Source: Candidatus Babelota bacterium
Lineage (GTDB): Bacteria; Babelota; Babeliae; Babelales; CAIQNR01
Assembly (NCBI GenBank): GCA_965658655.1
Contig: CBFHTA010000001.1
Span: 328,722 to 392,721 of the forward strand
Direction: 5' to 3'
Length of the DNA stretch: 64,000 nt
In this document: piece after piece, positions 1 through 8,630 of the stretch
How the letters are laid out: each line of letters starts with the position of its first letter
Position numbering within the stretch: position 1 is the first letter of the stretch
Made by a program: the position numbers and the translations under genes
Notes under the pieces: model-generated
What the model saw: only the letters and a program-made list of their open reading frames with translations
What the model was told of the DNA's origin: nothing
Databases searched by the model: none

Positions 1-207
1 ATTTTCTTCTAGAGGGGAAAGAGTGAGGCCAAAATCAAAGGGACTTGTTCCTCTTCTTGTATCAGTAGTTGGTGTTAACGGAGAAGAAGTAACTTTTAGA
101 GGGGAAAGAGTGAGGCCAAAATCAAAGGGGCTTGTTCCTTTTTCGGTTTCGGCAGTCATTAAAAATGAAGGAACAGAAAGTAATAGTAATAAAAAAACAA
201 AGTGCAC
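1..207 (-). CDS. Secreted hypothetical protein with internal 29-aa-period repeat (3' end runs off window)
   Basis: Manual translation, not in the ORF track: GTG at 207 after AGGA, MHFVFLLLLLSVPSFLMTA-ETEKGTSPFDFGLTLSPLKVTSSPLTPTTDTRRGTSPFDFGLTLSPLEEN, open to base 1. Confidence 0.7.
   Translation of the reverse strand, partial: MHFVFLLLLLSVPSFLMTAETEKGTSPFDFGLTLSPLKVTSSPLTPTTDTRRGTSPFDFGLTLSPLEEN
10..139. repeat. 43-bp direct repeat, 2 copies, 87-bp period (10-52, 97-139)
   Basis: tagaggggaaagagtgaggccaaaatcaaaggg(a/g)cttgttcct; the single mismatch is synonymous (AGT/AGC) in the minus-strand ORF. Confidence 0.9.
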
Positions 208-289
208 GATATGATTCCTACATGTGTGAATTGGTTTGATTAAATAAGAATTAAAGTATCACATATAGAAGTCTTGTCTATCAATAACG

Positions 290-703
290 TTATTCTGCGG
301 CCCTTTTGTCTTGTTGTTTTACATAGTATTCTAGCGCAGACATAAAGCCTGAGGAATGGCTTACGGGGGGTATCTTTTGTTTAAGTTTTTTTTCTATTTG
401 TTTGAGTTTTGATTTTGGTTTTTTTTTAACAGGTTTAGGTGTTTTTTCTAATGTTTGTTCTTTTCTTTTTTTTCTTTGTAAAAAAAAGAGCTTCTTAGCT
501 TCTGCTATAGGCAATACCCTTTCAGGAGGGAGTGCCATGTTATCTTCTTTTTTTTTACTCGACTTGCCCGCTTTGTGCGTATTTTTTGCTGCACTAGATT
601 TGTTATTAGCTGGGTGAATGGTCCCAGTCCATAAGCACAGAGGTAGTACTATATTAGAGAGATTTTTTATTTTTATATATCGTTTTAATAATGCTTTTTT
701 CAT
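290..703 (-). CDS. Lys-rich hypothetical protein, possibly exported
   Basis: 137-aa ORF, weak hydrophobic N-terminal segment, then basic clusters (QRKKRK, KKKPKSKLK); start uncertain because it overlaps the upstream gene by 50 bp. Confidence 0.55.
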   Translation of the reverse strand: MKKALLKRYIKIKNLSNIVLPLCLWTGTIHPANNKSSAAKNTHKAGKSSKKKEDNMALPPERVLPIAEAKKLFFLQRKKRKEQTLEKTPKPVKKKPKSKLKQIEKKLKQKIPPVSHSSGFMSALEYYVKQQDKRAAE

Positions 704-1472
704 TTATTATCGCTTTAATATATTTTTGTGATCGACTATCTATTTTTTGTGGCTTTAAAAACACAATGGTATCTACAATTGTTTCTTGGCATAAAGTATG
801 CAATGCGTCAAGGGTTGGAAGTTTACTTTGGTTAACATGCACGCTTTCTAACACAACGGTTCCGAATTGTTTTGTGAGTGTATTCATGAGTGTGTAAGAA
901 ATCCAAGAGGATGGGTTGATCTTCTCTCCTAGACCGCCATTGTCTACCATAGTAAGGGAGCCATTATTGTTATAGACAGAGACTGTTTTTTTATTGCACC
1001 TTATGGTTCTTTTTGAGGGCGCACTGAGTATTTTATTGGTTAGTAAGATAGTACAGAAAAGAAGTGTATACAAAAATGCACTGGTAGATTTTTTTCCCCA
1101 CTGTGTGTGTTGTAAAATAATAATCGATAACATGGCAGCAATAATAGAGAAGGGCAGTACAGAAAGTTTAAAACCAACCATCCATGTCTTTGGTCCCCAT
1201 TGCAAACACCACAGCCAAAGTTGGGTGATTTTTTCTAACATCCAAATACACATGCTATTGGGTATATGTAAAATTTCAGTAAAAAAAACAAGAGAAGAAC
1301 ATAATAGAAAGACGCTCAAGAAGGGCGCAAAAACCAAATTGCCTACTATGGTTAGTAAAGAAAATGGCAATCCCCATGCAATGAGAAAGGGAATCGAAAT
1401 TAATGAAAGAAAAAATTGTACTTGAATAAATGGAATAAACCATCTAGTTGCTGCTTGCCAATATATGTTCAT
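654..1472 (-). CDS. Partial ComEC/Rec2-like competence membrane protein
   Basis: Q..LSLISIP...WGLPFSLLTIVGNLVFAP matches the second half of the ComEC Competence domain; followed by a short soluble tail (LTMVDNG). Confidence 0.55.
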   Translation of the reverse strand: MNIYWQAATRWFIPFIQVQFFLSLISIPFLIAWGLPFSLLTIVGNLVFAPFLSVFLLCSSLVFFTEILHIPNSMCIWMLEKITQLWLWCLQWGPKTWMVGFKLSVLPFSIIAAMLSIIILQHTQWGKKSTSAFLYTLLFCTILLTNKILSAPSKRTIRCNKKTVSVYNNNGSLTMVDNGGLGEKINPSSWISYTLMNTLTKQFGTVVLESVHVNQSKLPTLDALHTLCQETIVDTIVFLKPQKIDSRSQKYIKAIINEKSIIKTIYKNKKSL

Positions 1473-1621
1473 GTACCATAGAATACCACATGCTAATGTA
1501 AAAGAAACCTTTTAGAGGATTAATGAGTTGAGTGTGTTCAATCTTTTCATTGATGAATTTCTTTACTAATATTCATAAAGTAAGTATAGAATGAAGCTGT
1601 AAAAAGAAAGGTTTATGTAGT

Positions 1622-2035
1622 ATGAAAAAGCAATTAGTTTTTTTAGTCATAGTATTGTTAGCAGCAAAGAATGTTTTTCCTTCTGCTCCTCCTCCTCAGT
1701 ATCAACACCTTGAGCATAGTGCTGGTCCTTGTGGGAAAGATGCAATTGTTTCTGCGCCACCATCTTTAGTTATAGATAAATATGATCCAACAAAAGAAGT
1801 CCTAAAAGGTGAAAATAAAGCGGCTGTTTATGTTGTTGAAAATTCATCTTGTGTATGTTTATGTCCTATTAAAGTAAGTATTATTCCAGTTTTGCATGGT
1901 ATTACTACACGATTGTCCTTTGGTTTATTTGGTGCAGCGGATAGTACTATAACCGAAGAAAATAAACATGCAGATTTTGTTGATCAGGCTTCGTATCTTT
2001 CTGTTGACGATGACATGGGAAAAAAGAAAGCATGA
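1622..2035 (+). CDS. Secreted hypothetical protein
   Basis: MKKQLVFLVIVLLAA signal peptide; AAAGG RBS; stop overlaps tkt start (ATGA). Confidence 0.7.
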   Translation: MKKQLVFLVIVLLAAKNVFPSAPPPQYQHLEHSAGPCGKDAIVSAPPSLVIDKYDPTKEVLKGENKAAVYVVENSSCVCLCPIKVSIIPVLHGITTRLSFGLFGAADSTITEENKHADFVDQASYLSVDDDMGKKKA

Positions 2036-3846
2036 AAAGTTTGCTTGAGGAAAAAGCCTATCTGTTACGGTTAGGTTCTTTAAAAGCAACACGTGTTGCA
2101 GGGTCGGGGCATCCAACTTCTTGTTTGTCGGCAGCTGATATTGTTGCAACACTTTTTTTTCATACCATGCAGTACGATCCACAGAATCCATATAACCCAA
2201 ATAATGATTGTTTTATTTTATCCAAAGGTCATGCTGCACCTTTGTTGTATGCTGCGTGGTGGCAGGCGGGGGTGTTAACAGAAGAAGAGTTGCTCACACT
2301 TCGTCAATTCGATTCTGTTTTAGAAGGGCATCCAACTTCACGATTTGGGTATACCAAAGTTGCAACAGGGTCACTGGGTTGTGGCCTTTCCATTGGTTTA
2401 GGAGAAGCACTTGCCGGCCGTGTTGCACGTAAAAATTTTAGAACGTATGTGTTACTCGGTGATAGCGAATGTGCAGAAGGTTCGGTATGGGAAGCAGCAG
2501 AACTTGCGGCGTACTACAAAGCACATACTCTTACCGGAATTGTTGATTATAATAGACTGGGTCAAAGTACAGAAACACTCGATGGACATAATACACACGT
2601 GTTAGCAGAAAAATTTAAAGCTTTTGGTTGGCATACTCTTGAGATAAATGGTCACAATATTGATGAGATTGTACAAGCCTTTGAGGATGCGCAACAAGAA
2701 AAAGAAAAGCCAACCATAATTATTGCAAAAACATTTAAAGGTAATGGTGTAGCATCTGTTCAAAATTTAGAAAATTTTCATGGTAAAGCGCTCGATGCAA
2801 ATGCTGAAAAACAGTTAGTGCCCTCTGTTAATCATGGTCCAGAGTGGCATCCTAATGTGCCAAAACAAGAAGATGTATTGGAACAAAAAGAATATAGCAT
2901 TCCTGCGCCTTCGTATCAGGAACCAATTGCAACACGTAAAGTGTATGGAGATGCGTTGGCTGCATTAGGTAAAGAATATAAAAATGTTGTTGCGCTAGAT
3001 GCAGAAGTTAAAAACTCTACCTTTGCTCAAACGTTTGAGCAACAACATAAAGAACGGTTCTTCCAATGTTTTATTGCAGAGCAGAATATGGTTGGTATGG
3101 CAATCGGATTCTCTGTGCATAATTTTTTACCGTTCACTTCAACTTTTGGTGCCTTTTTTTCTCGTGCGTTTGATCAAATTCGAATGGCAGGTGTTGGTCG
3201 AAACGCAATTAAACTTTCTGGGTCACATGCTGGAATTTCTATTGGAGAGGATGGTCCATCTCAAATGGCACTCGAGGATTTGGCTTTTATGCGTGCGGTG
3301 CCGAAGGCTCTTGTTCTTTATCCAAGCGATGGAGTGAGTGCGTACAAATGCGTAGAGCTTATGGCAAATTATTCCGATGGTGTTTCGTATCTTCGAACCA
3401 CTAGAGAGGCAACACCAATACTTTATAAAAGCAACGAAGAATTTAAAGTGGGGGGCTGCAAAATTCTTAAAAAGAATCGAAATTCCAAAGCACTTATTGT
3501 TGCTGCAGGTATTACGGTGCATGAAGCACTGAAAGCAGAAGAGCAGCTTGAGGCTGAACAGATCTATGTTTCTATTATAGATGCGTATTCCATTAAGCCG
3601 CTTGATGATTATACTATTGCGCGCGAAGCACGTGAGTGCGGTAATGTGATTGTTACTGTTGAAGATCACTACCTTGAAGGTGGCCTTGGCAGTGCTGTTG
3701 CAGATGCTTTAAGCGATACCGATATTCGTGTGATACGCTTGGCAGTTTCTGAATTGCCTCGATCAGGTAAACCCGAAGAGCTTCGCTCTTGGGCCGGTAT
3801 TGATACAGCAGCGCTTATAAAACACATCAAAATTTTGGTTCAATAA
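2032..3846 (+). CDS. tkt: Transketolase, short animal-like type
   Basis: GSGHPTSCLSAA, LSKGHAAP, EGHPT, ATGSLG, GDSECAEGSVWEA (ThDP motif), FIAEQNMVG, SHAGISIGEDGPSQMALED. Confidence 0.95.
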   Translation: MKSLLEEKAYLLRLGSLKATRVAGSGHPTSCLSAADIVATLFFHTMQYDPQNPYNPNNDCFILSKGHAAPLLYAAWWQAGVLTEEELLTLRQFDSVLEGHPTSRFGYTKVATGSLGCGLSIGLGEALAGRVARKNFRTYVLLGDSECAEGSVWEAAELAAYYKAHTLTGIVDYNRLGQSTETLDGHNTHVLAEKFKAFGWHTLEINGHNIDEIVQAFEDAQQEKEKPTIIIAKTFKGNGVASVQNLENFHGKALDANAEKQLVPSVNHGPEWHPNVPKQEDVLEQKEYSIPAPSYQEPIATRKVYGDALAALGKEYKNVVALDAEVKNSTFAQTFEQQHKERFFQCFIAEQNMVGMAIGFSVHNFLPFTSTFGAFFSRAFDQIRMAGVGRNAIKLSGSHAGISIGEDGPSQMALEDLAFMRAVPKALVLYPSDGVSAYKCVELMANYSDGVSYLRTTREATPILYKSNEEFKVGGCKILKKNRNSKALIVAAGITVHEALKAEEQLEAEQIYVSIIDAYSIKPLDDYTIAREARECGNVIVTVEDHYLEGGLGSAVADALSDTDIRVIRLAVSELPRSGKPEELRSWAGIDTAALIKHIKILVQ

Positions 3847-3908
3847 TGTTATTTTTCATCATTTATTGAAAGAGATCATTAAAATGTGCAGGATCCTTCA
3901 AAAAGTCC

Positions 3909-4067
3909 TTTGCAGGTTATAATCGAGCTGTTAGATCAGTTGCTTGACTGAGGTAGATTGAAAAAAATAAACAGATAACGGGCACAAAGTTGTAAATAAG
4001 TTTAACTACCAATAAAACAGTCTTTGAAGATATAAAATAAAAAATACATAAAGCTTTAATCTGCAAA
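3909..4067 (+). ncRNA. Candidate 6S-like rod-shaped small RNA
   Basis: Nested pairings 3909-3919/4057-4067, 3946-3950/4018-4022 and 3952-3956/4006-4010, with an A-rich internal bubble; terminator follows immediately. Confidence 0.35.
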
Positions 4068-4092
4068 ACCCACTGTTTCTCGGTGGGTTTTT
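4065..4092 (+). terminator. Intrinsic terminator
   Basis: aaaacccactg-tttct-cggtgggtttt followed by T-rich tail. Confidence 0.8.
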
Positions 4093-4153
4093 CGTTGTTT
4101 ACATTATTTCCTATTTAAGGCAAACTGACCGCTATAGTGTGTAGGAGAGCTCC

Positions 4154-5653
4154 ATGAAAAAACTTATTCTTGTATTATTGTCTGTGTCGTTATTAATAGG
4201 CTCATTCTTATTTGTTTCTAAAGCAAATTCCTTTAAATCTTCGGTTCCTTTAGCGAGCTCATCAATAGCTCCTTCAATGAATGATTTTAGTCCTTCTAAA
4301 AAGATCGCTCAGTGTTCTTCTTCTGGTCAAAAAGAACGTCATGGTGCATTTGTAGTTGTCAGTGCGGGAACTACTGATGATGGTAAGGGTAAGATTTGTG
4401 ATTACTTGGCAAAAGATGCTTTCTTTTCTGTTCGATCTCAGGGAACACTTCCTGAAGGTCACAGAGTGCAAAAGAATGGAAAAACATATGTTCTCCATCA
4501 TATTCCGGTAGCGATTCTTACACCGCATGTAAAATGTTATCTGGCACCGGGAATGGTCATTGACCCCAAATTACTTTTTCAAGAAATAGATGATTTACAA
4601 AAGCAAGGTATAAATCTTGATGATCGTTTGAAAATTTCTACGGCAGCTCATTTATTAATGCCATATCATGTGCAGATCGATAATCTTGGTAGAAAAACAA
4701 AACGACGCAAGGGTGCTGCAGGAGTTCGTCGTGGTGCAGGAGCCGCTTCATCGGATAAACGCTTAGGTTTGGGAATTCGTATTGCAGATTTGTGGGGAGA
4801 AGATTTCCCTATTGATCTCAAAGAAAAATTGAAAATTATTAATGAAACTCTTACCAAGGTATATGGAGCAAAGCCTGTGGCGTATAAGCCTTTACTAAAA
4901 GAGCTTATGGAGTACAAGGAAAAATTTGAGCCTTATGTTCGGGACCGTGTTGAATTAAAACTAAACCAGCTTTTAAGAAAACGTAAAAAAGGAATCTTTG
5001 AAGGTGCCCATGGTACATTTCTTGATATTACGCATGGTATTTATCCATATACTGCTCCTACCGATACCACTGCTTCTGGAATAGTTGCAAATGCTGGTGT
5101 AGGACCGTCTAAGATCGATCATACTTTGGGTGTAGTGAAAGCCTATGCTACATGTGAAGGCGATGGTCCGTTTACAACAGAAATTAAAGATCCAGCAATT
5201 ACTCAGCATTTTAGAGATAAAAATAAAGCACTTTCTGATCCAGATAGATATCGTTATGGTTGGCTTGATGCTGTTATGGTTCGTCAAGCTATGTTTATCA
5301 ATGGAATGGACTCTATTGTAATTAGTCGACTAGATGATTTAGATGGACTAGATAAAATAAAAGTTTGTATCGATTACGATTATAAAGAGAATCCTGAAGA
5401 TACTGAAGTACAGCATTTCGACTATCCACCGCCTAGAATTAAGCAGTTACGGGAGGTTACACCGCATTATGTTGAGTTTGATGGGTGGAAAGAATCAACC
5501 AAAAATGCAAAGCACATTTCGCAGTTACCTTTGAATGCACGTGTGTTTGTTAAACGTCTAGAAGCTTTATTTGCGACACCTGTAAGCATTGTTTCTGTTG
5601 GCCCTCGTCAAGATCAAACAATTTTAGTGAATGATTTCTTTAGATACATTTAA
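4154..5653 (+). CDS. Divergent adenylosuccinate synthetase (PurA) family protein with N-terminal signal peptide
   Basis: TDDGKGK P-loop, EGH, AHLLMPYH, FEGAHG..LDITHGIYPY, GVVKAY, GWLD, RLD, SVGP; about 62-aa N-terminal extension; AGGAG RBS. Symbol withheld because substrate residues are altered. Confidence 0.88.
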   Translation: MKKLILVLLSVSLLIGSFLFVSKANSFKSSVPLASSSIAPSMNDFSPSKKIAQCSSSGQKERHGAFVVVSAGTTDDGKGKICDYLAKDAFFSVRSQGTLPEGHRVQKNGKTYVLHHIPVAILTPHVKCYLAPGMVIDPKLLFQEIDDLQKQGINLDDRLKISTAAHLLMPYHVQIDNLGRKTKRRKGAAGVRRGAGAASSDKRLGLGIRIADLWGEDFPIDLKEKLKIINETLTKVYGAKPVAYKPLLKELMEYKEKFEPYVRDRVELKLNQLLRKRKKGIFEGAHGTFLDITHGIYPYTAPTDTTASGIVANAGVGPSKIDHTLGVVKAYATCEGDGPFTTEIKDPAITQHFRDKNKALSDPDRYRYGWLDAVMVRQAMFINGMDSIVISRLDDLDGLDKIKVCIDYDYKENPEDTEVQHFDYPPPRIKQLREVTPHYVEFDGWKESTKNAKHISQLPLNARVFVKRLEALFATPVSIVSVGPRQDQTILVNDFFRYI

Positions 5654-5751
5654 GCAAAAATTATAGGGCAATCTACTATTGCACACTGTATTGTACCTAT
5701 CGAGAAAAAAATTACGCACGCAAAGATGGCCATAGCTAAAAGCTTTTTCAT
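5650..5751 (-). CDS. 33-aa hydrophobic small protein
   Basis: MKKLLAMAIFACVIFFSIGTIQCAIVDCPIIFA with AAAGGA RBS upstream of ATG at 5751. Confidence 0.4.
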   Translation of the reverse strand: MKKLLAMAIFACVIFFSIGTIQCAIVDCPIIFA

Positions 5752-5803
5752 GGGTTTCCTTTCTAAAAATAAATAATTTAGAGTTCGTGAATAAAAAAGT
5801 GCA

Positions 5804-5992
5804 TTATTGCCAAATAATAACACCGTATTTAAACGTGAGTAGCGCAAAGAAGACGACCGCGTGTGAGCGATATGTACGCTTTAGTTTGATCAGAGTGATC
5901 AAAAAACTAAGATAAGAGAAGCGTGAAAGTTTAGATTTCGGTCGATCGGGCGGTATAGAATTTCGCAATTCATTCGAAGATAACAATATCAT
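5804..5992 (-). CDS. 62-aa basic/hydrophobic small protein
   Basis: Strong AAGGAG RBS before ATG at 5992; co-directional with the upstream gene. Confidence 0.45.
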   Translation of the reverse strand: MILLSSNELRNSIPPDRPKSKLSRFSYLSFLITLIKLKRTYRSHAVVFFALLTFKYGVIIWQ

Positions 5993-6015
5993 AGTAATTC
6001 TCCTTTTTAAAAACA

Positions 6016-7998
6016 TTACTTCTTGTCAGTATACGCTTTCAGCTTTCTAATAACAAGAGAAGGGTTGTATTCGCTGCACTCAAGGTTGTACCAATCACTT
6101 TTTTTGCATGATTGGAAAAAGCGTGAGAATCTATTTATCCAAATTCCATGATGGTATTTACTTAAGTCAAAATTTGGGTGTGTTTTATCTGTAATATGAG
6201 ATAACATAACCACAGGAAGGTGTACTGCGTGAATACCATGTTGTTCAAACCATGGTTTATGACTGTAATAATTAAGATTAAACGTTGCCAAAATGAGCGG
6301 TTCTTGGGCAGATCCTAAGCCTGCGAAAAGTCCTCGATAAAACCAACAATCAAGAAGTGAGGGGAGATAAGCACCTATGAGAGCATGCGGAAGTTCTTTT
6401 TTAATAATGGTTTTTAGTTTAATTCCTAATTGCTTTGCGGCATCTTGGAGTGTAGAAAAATACTCATGAAAACGGTTATTTTTAAATAAGAATGTTATAC
6501 GTTTGTTTATTGTGTTTAGTTTCTTGAGGTTCGATTGTTTTGTGGTGCGAATATAGAGGTTCCAGGAAACATCAGAAAAATCCATAAGATTCGTATAGAC
6601 AGCCGCTTGCTCTGGTGCATGATACATTTCAAAATCAAAAAAGATACCACCGATAGGAACATGTTTATCTGCATGCTTTTTCCAGTGAGTTATAAACTTT
6701 TTAAATGGGTCAATGAATTCTTCTTTCCAGAAGTGTTGATCATCGAGTGGAGAAGGAATCTTTGAGAATTCTTTCCCATAAACATTCCTTACTGGATGAG
6801 TAACAGGTGACTTTCCATAGTTATTGGTAAGATCGAAACCTACAAAAAGAGATGGTTTTTCTTGTTCTCTGTAAGTTCTTGCAAGTTCTTTAGTAAAATG
6901 ACGAATTCCTGTGGTAACTTGTTCGTATTCTTTTTCTGAGCGCATAGCCTGCTTGCTCAAAAACCATTCCGGATTAAATGAGGTCCATAAAAGATTAACG
7001 TTGCTTTTTTTTAGGTAGTCTACAGCAGTTTTCCAATTATTTTTAAGTGGTTCAATTTCCATCCAGGCGCAAGAAATTTTTTTGTGAAAAAGTGGATGTG
7101 CGGCTGCTGTATAAAGTTTTGACTCTTGTGGAAGCACGTTTGGTGGTAACGTAATTTTTACAGGACTTGCTGTTGGTGATTGACCGGTTGTAAGTGTGGT
7201 ATGTAACTGAAGCAAAGTATGCTGAAGAACGGTAAGGAATTTCTTTCTATCTTTCCAGTCGTAAGGAGAGAAGAACATATTTTCTTCAAGATCGACACCT
7301 TTAAAACTGCTGTCTGGCCCTAAAACAAGAGCTGCATGTTTATGGGGTTTTACATACAATCCCAAAGGCAAAATGCTTTCTAAATAACTTTTTTTACGAT
7401 CGGCTGGAAGCGTAAGAGGTTTATGCTCTAATTCACTTAAAGATGAGAGTCGACAACGAAGAGGTTTTTTTTGACCCTTATATGAAACGCGAGGATAAAA
7501 CAAAGAAGTTCTGTACGTCGAGCTACGGTCATTGTCTGTTGAAAAAATACACGGGCCTAGATCATTTGTAATGGTACACAGTTGATGATTGATATTTAGT
7601 TGGTTAAAAAATCCACAAAGTGCATGAGCAACTTGGGGATTTTGTGGAAGCTTGCCTGGGAAAAGAAGTGCTAGAAGACCTTTTTCTTTTTTGGCGTACG
7701 CTTTAACTAAAGAGAGTATTCTTGTGGTTAAAGGACTTTTGGTTGATGCACCACTGTTTTTAAAAAAGTAAGGATCGAGGAATAAAAAAACAGCGTCAAA
7801 GTTTTGTAAGCTGTTTGGAGGACTATAGAAATTTGCAAAAGAGCAGTTGAAACCAACAGATTCTGCCAGTGCTTGTAATTGTGAATAACTTGCCTGTGAT
7901 TTTCCGCTTGTATCTAGAATAAGTAATTTTTTTTGTGGTGTTTTTGCGCAGAGCTGTACAAAATTTAAAAACAGTAAGTAATACTTTAACTTTTTCAT
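6016..7998 (-). CDS. Secreted protein, putative glycoside-hydrolase-like TIM barrel with N-terminal alpha/beta domain
   Basis: 660 aa, signal peptide, AGGGG RBS; GGIFFDFEMY strand-end acidic motif, PSPLDD.FW and aromatic-rich C-half resemble GH-like barrels; function is a low-confidence guess. Confidence 0.6.
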   Translation of the reverse strand: MKKLKYYLLFLNFVQLCAKTPQKKLLILDTSGKSQASYSQLQALAESVGFNCSFANFYSPPNSLQNFDAVFLFLDPYFFKNSGASTKSPLTTRILSLVKAYAKKEKGLLALLFPGKLPQNPQVAHALCGFFNQLNINHQLCTITNDLGPCIFSTDNDRSSTYRTSLFYPRVSYKGQKKPLRCRLSSLSELEHKPLTLPADRKKSYLESILPLGLYVKPHKHAALVLGPDSSFKGVDLEENMFFSPYDWKDRKKFLTVLQHTLLQLHTTLTTGQSPTASPVKITLPPNVLPQESKLYTAAAHPLFHKKISCAWMEIEPLKNNWKTAVDYLKKSNVNLLWTSFNPEWFLSKQAMRSEKEYEQVTTGIRHFTKELARTYREQEKPSLFVGFDLTNNYGKSPVTHPVRNVYGKEFSKIPSPLDDQHFWKEEFIDPFKKFITHWKKHADKHVPIGGIFFDFEMYHAPEQAAVYTNLMDFSDVSWNLYIRTTKQSNLKKLNTINKRITFLFKNNRFHEYFSTLQDAAKQLGIKLKTIIKKELPHALIGAYLPSLLDCWFYRGLFAGLGSAQEPLILATFNLNYYSHKPWFEQHGIHAVHLPVVMLSHITDKTHPNFDLSKYHHGIWINRFSRFFQSCKKSDWYNLECSEYNPSLVIRKLKAYTDKK

Positions 7999-8116
7999 CT
8001 TTTTCCCCTAACCCTTGTGTTTAAACCTAGCAATTTTATTAATAAAGAAACAAGAGATGGGGTGAATACGAGAACATTTTTTGGTTATTTAAATAACAAT
8101 ACTGTGTATTTTTTAT

Positions 8117-8518
8117 TTATAAAAGCGATCTATGTTTGTTTAAAAATAGTTTTCCTTGTTCAGATTGTAGATAAGCTAAAAGACATATTTCTGGTGTAAG
8201 ATTAGGATAGCGTTTGCGAACTTTGGTTAAGGCAAGAATGAGTGCTCCTGTTCCTTGTACTGCATCTCCTACTGAGTGGAGTATCTCTTCTGTATCATCA
8301 ACTTCTTTAGCAGCCACTGCATTTAAAAGATTAGGAATAACAGAGTGTAGAAGAGTACCAACAATCAATGATGCCGAGTCTGGTTCTTCTTTTTTATCTT
8401 CTTTTTTCTTTATCGTGAGTTTTTCTGTGACCGGTGGTTTGCGCTTTCTTAAAGTTGTCATGGAAAGAGCTGGGGTAGTTGCACATAAAAGTAGAAAAAA
8501 TAACATAAAACGTTTCAT
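8117..8518 (-). CDS. Secreted hypothetical protein
   Basis: MKRFMLFFLLLCATTPALS signal peptide, AAGGAG RBS, RKRKPP basic cluster. Confidence 0.75.
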   Translation of the reverse strand: MKRFMLFFLLLCATTPALSMTTLRKRKPPVTEKLTIKKKEDKKEEPDSASLIVGTLLHSVIPNLLNAVAAKEVDDTEEILHSVGDAVQGTGALILALTKVRKRYPNLTPEICLLAYLQSEQGKLFLNKHRSLL

Positions 8519-8630
8519 ATATTCTCCTTAAATCTAAGTTCTCGTATTCAGGAGTTAGATATAGCTTATGACTGCTACTTCTCGATACAATTCTTATGAA
8601 ATTACTCGAAATTACTTGTTCTATTTATTA

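Noticed and set aside
10..139. CRISPR-like repeat-spacer-repeat (43/44 bp)
   Set aside because: Only two copies are visible, the 87-bp period is in frame within a signal-peptide ORF, the mismatch is synonymous, and no cas genes are in the window.
23..214. Plus-strand 63-aa ORF
   Set aside because: Shadow of the minus-strand gene, which has an RBS and a signal peptide.
3850..4150. Purine or lysine riboswitch ahead of the PurA-like gene
   Set aside because: Core consensus motifs of these aptamers are not recognisable; kept only as a generic structured RNA candidate.
4154..5653. PurZ (2-aminoadenine pathway)
   Set aside because: PurZ has Ser at the PurA Asp13 position and keeps the aspartate loop. 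Here Asp is kept, the loop is lost, and there is no phage context.
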